Assembly: GCA_964016885.1 (NCBI GenBank)
Contig: OZ024747.1
Span: 13,702,001-13,766,000, forward strand
DNA from: Eledone cirrhosa
Taxonomy: Eukaryota
DNA: 64,000 nucleotides
Reading direction: 5' to 3'
Within the stretch, counting starts at the first letter, position 1; the number at the start of each line of letters is the position of its first letter. The notes under the pieces are model-generated. The model was given only the letters and a program-made list of their open reading frames with translations, ran no database searches and was not told where the DNA came from. Both the position numbers and the translations under genes were made by a program. Of this stretch, positions 1-11,128 are shown in pieces.

Positions 1-890
1 CCACCTCAACATAAACAACTTATAGCCAGAGGAACAGAAAGGATGCCAAAAGATGTCCTGTGATACAAATGACCAGTTACTTATTGACAAGATGATAATA
101 AGGAACTACAAGAGGAAGTACACCGTTCTTGTCATAGGATGGATAGATTACAAGAAGGCATTCAACATGGTTCCTCATTCTTAGATAACCAATTGTGTGC
201 AAATCTTCTAGGTGGCAGACAGCAGACTGCTAATAAGAAATAGCATGAAGAACTGGGAGACAGAGTTTAAATCAGGGGAAGAATCCTTGGGAGTAGTGAA
301 AATCAAGAGAGGTGTCTTCCAAGCTGATAGTCTGTCTCCTTTATTCTTTGTCCTTACCTTCATACTCTTGCCTCTCATATTGCAAAAAATGAAGGCTGGA
401 TAGAAACTAGGAAGAGAAGAGCTTACCATTAACCACCTCCTCTTCAGAGTTTTAGGTCGGACTAAAACTCTTCAAGAAGAACAAGAAGGAGTTGGATATA
501 CTTGTTAACACACTTTGTATTTTTAGCAATGACATTTGTATGGAATTTGGTATAAATAAGTGTGGAGTCCAAGTGATGAGGAGGGGAAAATTGAAGAGAA
601 GTAATGGAATTGTAATACTAACAGGTGAGGTGATAAAGGAGATTGACACTGAAGAAGGATATAAGTATTTTGGAGTTTTAGAGGCAGATAGTATCAAGGA
701 TAATAAAATGAAGGAGATGAAAAGATCTGAATATATAAGGAGAGTAAGAAAGATATTAAAATCACATCTAAATAAAAGGAATGCTATACATATTTTTAGG
801 TAGAGTGTGAGAATTCTTAAATGGAATGTAAACAAGCAAAAAGAACTAGGTAGAAAAACAAGGAAATTAACGACTACTTACAGTATGCAA
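1..890 (+). pseudogene. Decayed reverse-transcriptase fragment of an R4/Dong-like (RLE-type) non-LTR retrotransposon
   Basis: Frame from nt 2 reads HLNINNL*PEEQKGC..DQLLIDKMI..GWIDYKKAFNMVPHS*I..KRGVFQADSLSPLFFVL..INHLLF. After a frameshift it reads MEFGINKC..YKYFGVLE..EYIRRVRKILKSHLN. It has several stops, and the catalytic (Y/F)xDD after INHLLF is destroyed. Confidence 0.8.
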
Positions 891-907
891 GAAAAGGAAG
901 AGAAAAA

Positions 908-1068
908 TAATTTGAAGGGGAGGGGAAAGTCGATTAAATCGACCTCAGTGCATTACTGATACTTTATTTTATTGACCCCATAAGGATGAAAGGCAAAGCT
1001 AACCTCAGCGGGATTTGAACTCAGAACGTAAAGGGCCGTAACTCTATGCCACAATGCTTGGTGTCCGA
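908..1068 (-). mobile_element. tRNA-derived SINE, family A (partial)
   Basis: Reverse complement contains the B-box GAGTTCAAATCCC and the family core CTTTGCCTTTCATCCTTA.GGGGTC.ATAAAATAAAGTA.CAG found in many copies in this window. Confidence 0.85.
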
Positions 1069-1674
1069 GAAGAAGAAGGATAGTACTGTACACATACATA
1101 TCACCACACATAACTACACACACACAGAAACATATTCAGGCCCCACCACACCTGCAATAGACAACTAAACCTCATTCTGAAAATAGTAGCCTAAAATATG
1201 GTGTTTATATAAAATTACGTTGGAAAATTTAAATTCAAAGAGGAACCCTTTAAAAATGGTAGGTTTTGTTTCTAAGGACCAGAGCTGATTTTAACCAAGG
1301 TGGTATCATTAATCCAATAATTGGAACTATTTTAGTTATTTGCTTTGGGAAAGATATTGATACAGTAGTTCTTATATATCTCCAGATAATGTAAATAAGC
1401 GAAGTAAATTCTTCCCCTAAACTTCTAGATCATAATATTGTGGGAAGGGGAAGTTGTGACATTCAAGCATTTCTAAAGGGTGTTGTTACTGATGTAATAT
1501 TAAATTAGTATAGAACCTCTTGGTAGAAAATAAGAATTATGTCATAAATTTATTTAATAAACTCGAGGCAAGAGATATAAATAGAAGTGGGGTGGGGGAT
1601 AAAAACGGCAAGTGTTTGAAGGGATGGGAAAATCCTCAGCAAATTTCTAAAAATAGAAATAATCCTCTGCTCGA

Positions 1675-1765
1675 ATGCCGGAAATCCCGCTGTGATGTCA
1701 TAAATCATATGACGTGTTTGTAATTGGACTTCCGGCAGCAGTTCAGTCCAGACAAGATGGAGTCC
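1675..1765 (+). promoter_or_regulatory. Probable TATA-less housekeeping promoter / TSS region of the syntaxin gene
   Basis: Locally CpG-rich, with clustered motifs: CCGGAAAT 1678-1685 and ACTTCCGG 1728-1735 (ETS), TGATGTCA 1693-1700 and TGACGTG 1710-1716 (CRE/ATF-like), ATTGG 1723-1727 (reverse CCAAT), AAGATGG 1754-1760 (YY1-like). Lies ~160-240 nt upstream of the ATG. Confidence 0.6.
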
Positions 1766-1915
1766 CGGCAGTTGCTGAGTGACACCGAATGCTTCATCAT
1801 TTAACTTGTAGATATATTTACTGTATACACAACTCCATATATTTATATATAAATACTTATCTGACGGACTACCTACTTCACTGTATATACATAAAACGGC
1901 TAATGCACATGAAAA

Positions 1916-1950
1916 ATGCCACTCGAAGACCCGTTCTTTGTCGTCAGAGA
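1916..1950 (+). CDS. STX6: First coding exon of a syntaxin-6/10 family Qc-SNARE (35 nt, phase-2 intron)
   Basis: AAAATG CCA CTC GAA GAC CCG TTC TTT GTC GTC AGA GA|GTGAGT encodes MPLEDPFFVVR(E/D). This matches the N-termini recalled for human STX6 (MSMEDPFFVVKGE) and STX10 (MSLEDPFFVVRGE). Consensus donor at 1951 and A at -3. Not in the ORF track (too short). Confidence 0.88.
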
Positions 1951-2291
1951 GTGAGTACATTTATTTATTACTTCTTTACTACTACTACCATTATTATTAG
2001 TATTAAATCTATATTATTTGGCCACATTTTTTCTCCGTTATTTTCCAAAGAGAAAAGAAATGCAACAAAATTATGGAAAGATCGGGAAAAATATCAAACA
2101 GAAACTAAAATCATATATATACCAAATAAATATATAAATAAGAGGAACACGAGAATCTTTTTTTTTTTTTCGGAATAATCGTCTGCTTTTCCTTTTCCTC
2201 GCATTCTTTAAAATGCACGCGGATTAATATTTTATTCTGCTATGTAGAATACTAACACGAGACATGTGGATATAATGATAACTAGCACAGT

Positions 2292-2333
<42 letters not shown>

Positions 2334-2366
2334 TATATATAGTCTTGTATGGTTAAGTGATGAGTC

Positions 2367-2413
2367 TTGTTACTCTGGAATTTCACTTGTGTACTCACAG
2401 GATCATCAGACTA
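2367..2413 (-). ncRNA. Hammerhead ribozyme motif (type I, imperfect stems) in an island between (TA)n tracts
   Basis: Minus strand: TAGT CTGATGA TCCTGTG AGTA CACAAGT GAAA TTC CA GAG T A ACAA. Core boxes and GUA triplet are intact; stems I and II have mismatches. Confidence 0.5.
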
Positions 2414-2475
2414 TCAGTTAGTCATAAAAAACGAATATTATTAACTCTACTTTCGTATTGAATACTCATTCTCGC

Positions 2476-2509
<34 letters not shown>

Positions 2510-2787
2510 GCGCACATTGACATACATATACTCTATATATGAATTTGTGAGTGTGTGTGTATATATAAATATATATATACGCACACATTCACATGTGCAT
2601 TCATATGCTATATATATATTGCGTGTGTGTGTTTATATACTATATACATAGGCATAAAAGGAGTATTGAAGCCTTGTGTAAAGTATATAAAACAATATTT
2701 TATAAGGCTTAAAGCCATGTCACTAGAACATTAAATATTAAAAACAATGGCAAAGGCGTGGAAATGTTACCTTGAAATATACTCTAT

Positions 2788-2871
2788 ATCATCATCATCA
2801 GCAGCAGCGTTTAACGTCTATCTTCCACGCTAGCATGGGTTTAGACGGAAATTGTCCCACTTGAGGCAAGA
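2788..2871 (-). mobile_element. 5'-truncated 3' tip of the same RTE family as 11129-14634
   Basis: CGTTTAACGTC..TTCCACGCT.GCATGGGTTT.GACGG..GTCCCACTTGAGGCAAGA matches 11150-11214. Has a (CAT)n tail and abuts (TA)n. Confidence 0.8.
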
Positions 2872-3286
2872 TATATATATATATTTATATATATATGGTC
2901 CTTTATAATATACTATTGTATGTGCGTGCAGTGTCGGATTTAGGCATGGTGAGCACTTAAGCCATACATAGCTAGGAGGTACCTTAAAATACACTAAAAA
3001 AAACAAAAAAACAAAAACAAAGCATTTTCGGGGTCTCTGTAGTTTGAGGACCGTAGCTGTATCTTGTTTTGCTTATGCCCAGCTCTGGTATGTGTGTGTG
3101 TGTACTCTGTTGGTTGTATGATATATCATATCGCTGTGTCAGGGTATGCGCGCACACACACATATATGAGTCCCGAGTTCAATCGAGGGTAACCACAGTT
3201 AGTAAGGTACTCAATACATTAGTAGAGTTTAAACATCAAGTTTAATATAGAAATGGGTTATATATATATATATATATATATACATA

Positions 3287-3559
3287 CAAGGGCCTTGTTT
3301 CACTGGGGTAGCAGGGGACAAGTCCTCCCCATTCTTTCAAGCGTCTATATTTTATTTTTTGTTTATTTAATATAATAAATTCTTTTTAAGCTTTTTTTTT
3401 TATATCTGAACTTCGTGTGAATATATAAAATTAAATTAGCGTAAAATTTTACTTATGTGGTAGGGTCCGGCAAAGGCACCATAAGCAATTTATGCTCCTT
3501 TAAGAATCAACAAATGTTTGTTTGTCACCCTCACATTTTTAAGGCAAACGAGGCCCCTG
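3287..3559. mobile_element. MITE with ~14-bp TIRs and TA flanks
   Basis: TA-CAAGGGCCTTGTTT ... AAACGAGGCCCCTG-TA (12/14 complementary), inserted in a TA tract, non-coding. Confidence 0.6.
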
Positions 3560-3605
<46 letters not shown>

Positions 3606-3891
3606 TACACTCACTTGACACAACGCTACGAAACAAACACTAAATATACAGGTATCACATATGTACATTAATATATCTCTACTATGGTATTTAGTACTCA
3701 TTCTCGCGACTCCCAGTTTCAAACGAATGCTCACACCTCCCACATAAATATATTTTACTGTTGCTACTCCCAGTTTCACGATTACTCACTGATCACACAC
3801 ATTATTTAAAACTTGTAAGCAATCCAGTCAAGCTTAGTGTTTTAATGGTAGAATAGAAATTGAATTAAGCAGATAGATATAGTCTGTGTGT

Positions 3892-3941
<50 letters not shown>

Positions 3942-3990
3942 TTCACATGTGCATTCATATGATATATATATATATATATATATATTGCGC

Positions 3991-4041
<51 letters not shown>

Positions 4042-4072
4042 ATTAGTAAGTGAACAACACAATATATAACTA

Positions 4073-4141
4073 CTCCATTACCAAAGGTTTCAGGACCCCC
4101 AGACAATATTAACATATGTCTAATTCGCTCATCAGACAGAG
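4073..4141 (-). ncRNA. Hammerhead ribozyme motif (type I)
   Basis: Minus strand: CTCTGT CTGATGA [37-nt stem II with TTAGACA/TGTCTGG] GAAA CC TTT GG T A ATGGAG. Stem I is 6 bp (2 GU), stem III is 3 bp with a 3-nt loop, triplet GUA. Island 4039-4148 lies between (TA)n tracts. Confidence 0.7.
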
Positions 4142-4142
4142 G

Positions 4143-5086
<944 letters not shown>

Positions 5087-5558
5087 ACACACACGCAATT
5101 ATGTGTTGTAAAACAACTAAATTTTCCTTCGAGACAGAATTTTTGAGAAAAATAGAATTCAAGCTATTATAGAGTAAGGTTACATACACACATAAACTCA
5201 TGCTTAAGTATTGTCGTGTTGTGTTGCTATGTCATTACATATGATGGGGAGTCTGTTTCAATATATGTTTTGTTTGTCTAAAGTATATATTATTACACGT
5301 TGAAAACAATGATTATTTTATAACTTTCGTTATCGTCTTCTACGTAGTTAACTGCCGGTTTTGTCATATATTTTCACAGTCGTCCTCTTTTCTAATTGGA
5401 TTTTTAATCGCTATTTTATGTGATCTTGATCTTGTTAGAGCGAATTGCGTTAATTTCCTCGTTTTCTGTCTACACGGAATGTCGTTATCACACGTCATAT
5501 CACTGAATCACCACCGCTCACTGCACTCTACATATGCACAAACCACGCATTTCTCTGC

Positions 5559-5562
<4 letters not shown>

Positions 5563-5603
<41 letters not shown>

Positions 5604-6680
5604 CACATTGTTTTATATATAAATACATACACACATTGTTGTATATATAAATACACACACACATTGTTGTATATATAAATACACACACACACACACATTA
5701 TTGCATATATAAATACACACGCACACACACATTGTTTTATATATAAATACATACACACATTGTTGTATATATAAATACACACACACATTGTTGTATATAT
5801 AAATACACACACACACACACATTATTGCATATATAAATACACACACATACACACATTGTTGTATATATATAAATGCACATACACACACATTGTTGTATAT
5901 ATAAATACATACACATTGTTGTATATTTTATATATAAATACACACACACATTGTTGTATATATAAATACACACACACATTGTTGCATATATAAATATATA
6001 CACATTTTTGTATATATATAAATGCACATACACACACATTGTTGTATATATAAATACACGCACATTGTTTTATATATAATACACACACATTGTTTTATAT
6101 ATAAATACACACGCATCGTTTTATATATAAATACACACACATTGTTGTATATATAAATACACACGCACATTGTTGTATATATAAATACACACACACATCG
6201 TTTTATATATAAATACTCACATACATTGTTGTATATATAAATACACACACACATTGTATATATATAAACACACACATTGTATATATAAACACACACACAA
6301 TGTTGTATATATAAATACACACACGTTGTATATATAAATACACACACATTGTTGTATATATAAATACACACGCACATTGTTGCATATATAAATGCACATA
6401 CACACACATTGTTGTATATATAAATACACACACATTGTTTTATATATAAATACACACACACATTGTTGTATATATAAATGCACATACACACACATTGTTT
6501 TATATATATATATAAATACACACACATTTTTGTATTTATAAATACACACACACATTGTTGTATTTATAAATACACACACATACAGTTTTATATATAAATA
6601 TACACACACACATTGTTTTAGATATAAATACACACACGCACCAACACACATTGTTTAATATATAAATATACACACACTCA
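5563..6680. repeat. Minisatellite, ~24-32-bp unit (CA)n-TTGTTGTATATATAAATA
   Basis: Dozens of tandem CACACACATTGTT(G/T)TATATATAAATA variants following a (CA)n run. Confidence 0.95.
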
Positions 6681-6788
6681 TACAGGTATAATATATATAT
6701 ATATATATATAACGAAGGAGGTGTGGTAAGGAACCAGATGGACCATAACGCATCAGAGTACTCAATACTTAGGGTAGTAGAGTAGGTA

Positions 6789-6901
6789 ATAGGAAAATGT
6801 TTAACCCCGACGGCAGAGCTCAAGCCGTTTCGACGGCTATTTCTGAGTCCAGAAATAGCCGTCGAAACGGCTTGAGCTCTGCCGTCGGCGTGAAACATTT
6901 T

Positions 6902-6906
<5 letters not shown>
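6789..6906. repeat. Near-perfect 118-bp palindrome (57-bp arms, 4-nt loop) made of hammerhead 3' halves
   Basis: Arm 6789-6845 matches the reverse complement of 6850-6906 with 2 mismatches; loop AGTC. Each strand carries GAAA CGGC TTGAGCTCT GCCG TC. Confidence 0.95.
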
Positions 6907-6939
<33 letters not shown>

Positions 6940-7010
6940 CTAACTATACACACACACGTGTAATATATATACAGATTATACACAATTAGCTTCGTTAAAC
7001 ACACACACAC

Positions 7011-7042
<32 letters not shown>

Positions 7043-9101
7043 ATGATTTTATTACACATAGGCACATCCTCAAATATATATAAATATATATCCTCAAATT
7101 TATATAAATATATATACACACAATCTGCTCTGCAGACTTAACATTGAATAATTATCGATATTGTCTTTTTCATCTCTTTCTATACGTCTCTCTCTCTCTC
7201 TCCCCTCTATCTATCTATCTATCTATCTATATATATATATATATAAACACATACATATATGCAGAGTCTGCATAAATATCATTGAATAAGTATTGATAGT
7301 CTTTCTCATCTTTCACTCCCTCTATATATTTATGTATGTGTTGTATATACCTGTGTTTATGTATGTCTATATATTTTAAAATAAGTGTCCCAGAAATGAA
7401 CAGTCAAATGACTGAAACCTGTAAAAGATATACCTAAAATACAATCTAATGTATATGTCTGCGTATATATACATATATATATACACACACATTGAGATAT
7501 TGTCACGCCATTAACACGGACTGTTTACGTGTTAATCGATCTTCGCAGTTCTTTACATATTTATCTCTCTCTCTCCTCGTCCGCCACGTCCTATAAACAT
7601 TTGTTAGCTCAATGGAAACAACTAGAAAGCAAAAGAAATATTATATTCTTTAAGGAAAACAAACAATAAATGTTACAACTTTTCCAGTTTCACTCTTACA
7701 TAAGAAACTGTTATTACAGTGGTTGGGGAGTTAGTGCAAACGTTATAGCGCCTGACTACTGATTCCATGTACTTTATGCGTTCAAATCTCGCCTGTGTAA
7801 CCAGGGATTGATTTAATCAATTATCAGACTCACACTCTTGATACGAAATTATTTTGAATATTTTTGTATATAGTGCAGGAGGCTATCAGCTAGCTGGACT
7901 ACATATTTGCTGTTGTGTTTTCGCCTCAGGTCAGATCTATAATGAACGAAGGTTTAAGCATGACAATTGCTATTTTTCTTTGGTAGTACATATATAACGT
8001 ATCCTTTTTATTCTACGACGGCCAGAAGGATCAATTCATTTATATCAGCGTCATTGATTGTTTGGTGATTCGCTTTACTGAAGTATCAAGTGGTGCTCAT
8101 GTAGGTGCTTGGCTGTTCCTCCTGCGCTTTTAGCCTCACTAATCTCTAGTAATGTGAACGTCTTGGCTTGCTTCACACATTTTTTAGAGCAGAAACATGT
8201 GGCATGTAATTGTGTGCACATTTTCTTTTTCTTTTTTCTTACTTGCTTCTCAGCATTCTCCGTATTAAAGGAAATTTTGTGCCGAGTAAAAAAAAAATAT
8301 ATAAATTTTTTTATGTCTATGTAAAACAGTCAAAGGTAGCAAATTGGCTCTCTGCAGTCTGAGTTAAAATCCAGCTGAGGTCAACTTTCATCCATTCGTT
8401 TCTTTCTCTAAGTGTCTTTCTTACTCCCTCAGTCGAAATGCCAAACATTTAGCTTAACCTTTCATTTACGTACCTATTTCAATTCTCACTGGAACCAATA
8501 CTGTTTTTCATTAAAATTTCTGTTAAATTCCCCTGGGGTCAGGGAGAGGTAAAAATCAGTACCAGGCGTTTAATACACTCATAAATATTTGTGGCATTAT
8601 GCCAATGTGACAAATTGATATGTTTAAGATATCAGTGGATACAATGACTGATAACGTTAGAAAGAACAAAGCATGTGCCCCTCTCCACATCCTCTCTCGC
8701 GCAGACGCACACACATTCATGTACACACACACATGCACACTGGGTATTTTCAAGCTGTTTCTAGCTGGAACAGAAGACGTCATGTTATCTGATTTATGCC
8801 TTAATGTTCAGAGTTGAAATCGCAGGATGGTTCTCCTTAAAGCAACACAGTTTTATTTAGCCTCCTATGAAGTAGGATCTCATAGGTTTCTAGGGTATTT
8901 CAATGATAAGGGGACTCTTTTCATGAAAAGTAATGTGAAATGAAGTGTTTCGCAGAAGAACACATCATATCACACTGCCCTGGAATCAATCTTTGACTTA
9001 ACTATTTTGTTATACTTCTAATGAAATACACTTTACTTCTTTTTGAGGGATTTATCTAAATTATTATTTCATTACTAATATATTAACTTATATATTAATT
9101 A

Positions 9102-9492
9102 CTAGCCGAATTACCCTCGCCTTGCTGTGTTTCACACGTTTTTTTTGTAAGAAAATGATCATTGATTTTCTATCAGTGATATAATTTATGGAGAAAACCT
9201 CTATTAGGGTGTCTTAATATTATTGAAATTTGCTGAAATTTTGTGAATAGGCATTATATCTTGTCATTTACCTATGGTTTAAATTTCATATAAATCGAAG
9301 GGAAAAAATTTTCAGTGAGGGTTTGTGCTCCAGGAGACCCTTTGATTAAAATGAAATATACTTATCCTGAAATATACTATACATGGGCAATGCAGTTTCC
9401 GAATATATATGGTTATGGGGGTCTATCTCCAAAACCATAGGAGGAGATTGTGAACAAACAAACAGACAGGAACTACAACTTTATATGGAAGA
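9102..9492 (-). mobile_element. Non-autonomous Helitron-like element nested in a decayed MITE (~8998-9575)
   Basis: Minus strand starts A|TCTTCCATATAAAG and ends GCAAGGCGAGGGTAATTCGGCTAG|T: 5'-TC, 3'-CTAG, A/T insertion site, no TSD. Internal (CTGT/TTGT)n near the 5' end. Flanks resemble the two halves of the TTAA-MITE family. Confidence 0.65.
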
Positions 9493-9792
9493 TTTTAATT
9501 TAAATAAAGAACCCTTTAAAATGGGTGATTTTGTTTCATAGACCCAGAACCAGGTTAGTATCAAAGTGGTTATTAATCACGAGTCCAGCACCTCAACTAC
9601 TATTCCACATGCCTTCTCTGCAAGACAATCTTTATCTATTATCCTTACTTGGATCAATAGAATAACTATTGGTAATACATTATTGTCGATTTAATTGACC
9701 ATACACTTCTTTCCAGAAACTAATCTCTAGATGAAAAGATTATTTTCTGGATGGTTGCCCATATCCACTGTTATTGCTATCTCTCCACCACT

Positions 9793-9938
9793 TATATATA
9801 TATATATATATATGTTTGTTTGTATGTATATATGTTTGTATGTATGTATATATGTTTGTATGTATGTATGTTTGTATGTATATGTATGTATATATATGTA
9901 TATATATATATGTATGTATGTATATGTATGTATGTATG

Positions 9939-9979
<41 letters not shown>

Positions 9980-10654
9980 GTATATATGTATGTATATATA
10001 TATGCATGTATGTATATATGTATGTATATATATATATATATGCATGTATGTATATATGTATGTATATATGTATGTATATATATATATATGCATGTATGTA
10101 TATATGTATGTATATATGTATATATGTATGTATATATGTATGTATATATGTATATATGTATGTATATATGTATGTATATATATATATATGTATGTATATA
10201 TATATGTATGTATATATATATGTATGTATATATATATGTATGTATATATATATGTATGTATATATATATGTATGTATATATATGTATATATATATGTATG
10301 TATATATATATATATGTATATATATGTATATATATATGTATATATATATGTATATATATATGTATATATATATGTATATATATATGTATATATATATGTA
10401 TATATATGTATATATATATGTGTATATATATGTATATATATATGTATATATATGTATATATATATGTGTATATATATGTATATATATGTATATATATATG
10501 TGTATATATATGTATATATATATGTATATATATATGTATATATATGTATATATATATGTATATATATATGTATGTGTATATATATATGTGTATATATATA
10601 TGTGTATATATATATGTGTATATATATATGTATGTATATATATATGTATGTATG

Positions 10655-10686
<32 letters not shown>

Positions 10687-10888
10687 TGTATGTATGTATG
10701 TATGTATATATATATATGTATGTATGTATATGTATGTATGTATATGTATGTATGTATATGTATGTATGTATATGTATGTATGTATATATATGTATGTGTA
10801 TGTATGTATATATATGTATATGTATGTATGTATATATATATGTATATGTATGTATGTATATATATGTATATATATATATATGTATATG

Positions 10889-10947
<59 letters not shown>

Positions 10948-10988
10948 GTATGTGTGTATATGTATGTATATATATATATATGTATATG

Positions 10989-11026
<38 letters not shown>

Positions 11027-11128
11027 TATGTATGTATGTATATATATATATGTATGTATATATATATATGTATGTATATATATGTATATATATATATGTA
11101 TGTATATATATGTATATATGTATATATA
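9793..11128. repeat. Compound (TA)n/(TATG)n microsatellite
   Basis: Direct reading; G almost exclusively on the + strand. Confidence 0.98.

Noticed and set aside
1789-2178. 129-aa ORF spanning the exon
   Set aside because: Wrong frame; reads through the splice donor into AT-rich intron. The conserved peptide is in the frame starting at 1916.
2929-3088. Possible hAT-type MITE (CAGTGTCGGATTTAGGCAT..GCTTATGCCCAGCTCTG)
   Set aside because: TIRs too degenerate and no TSD visible.
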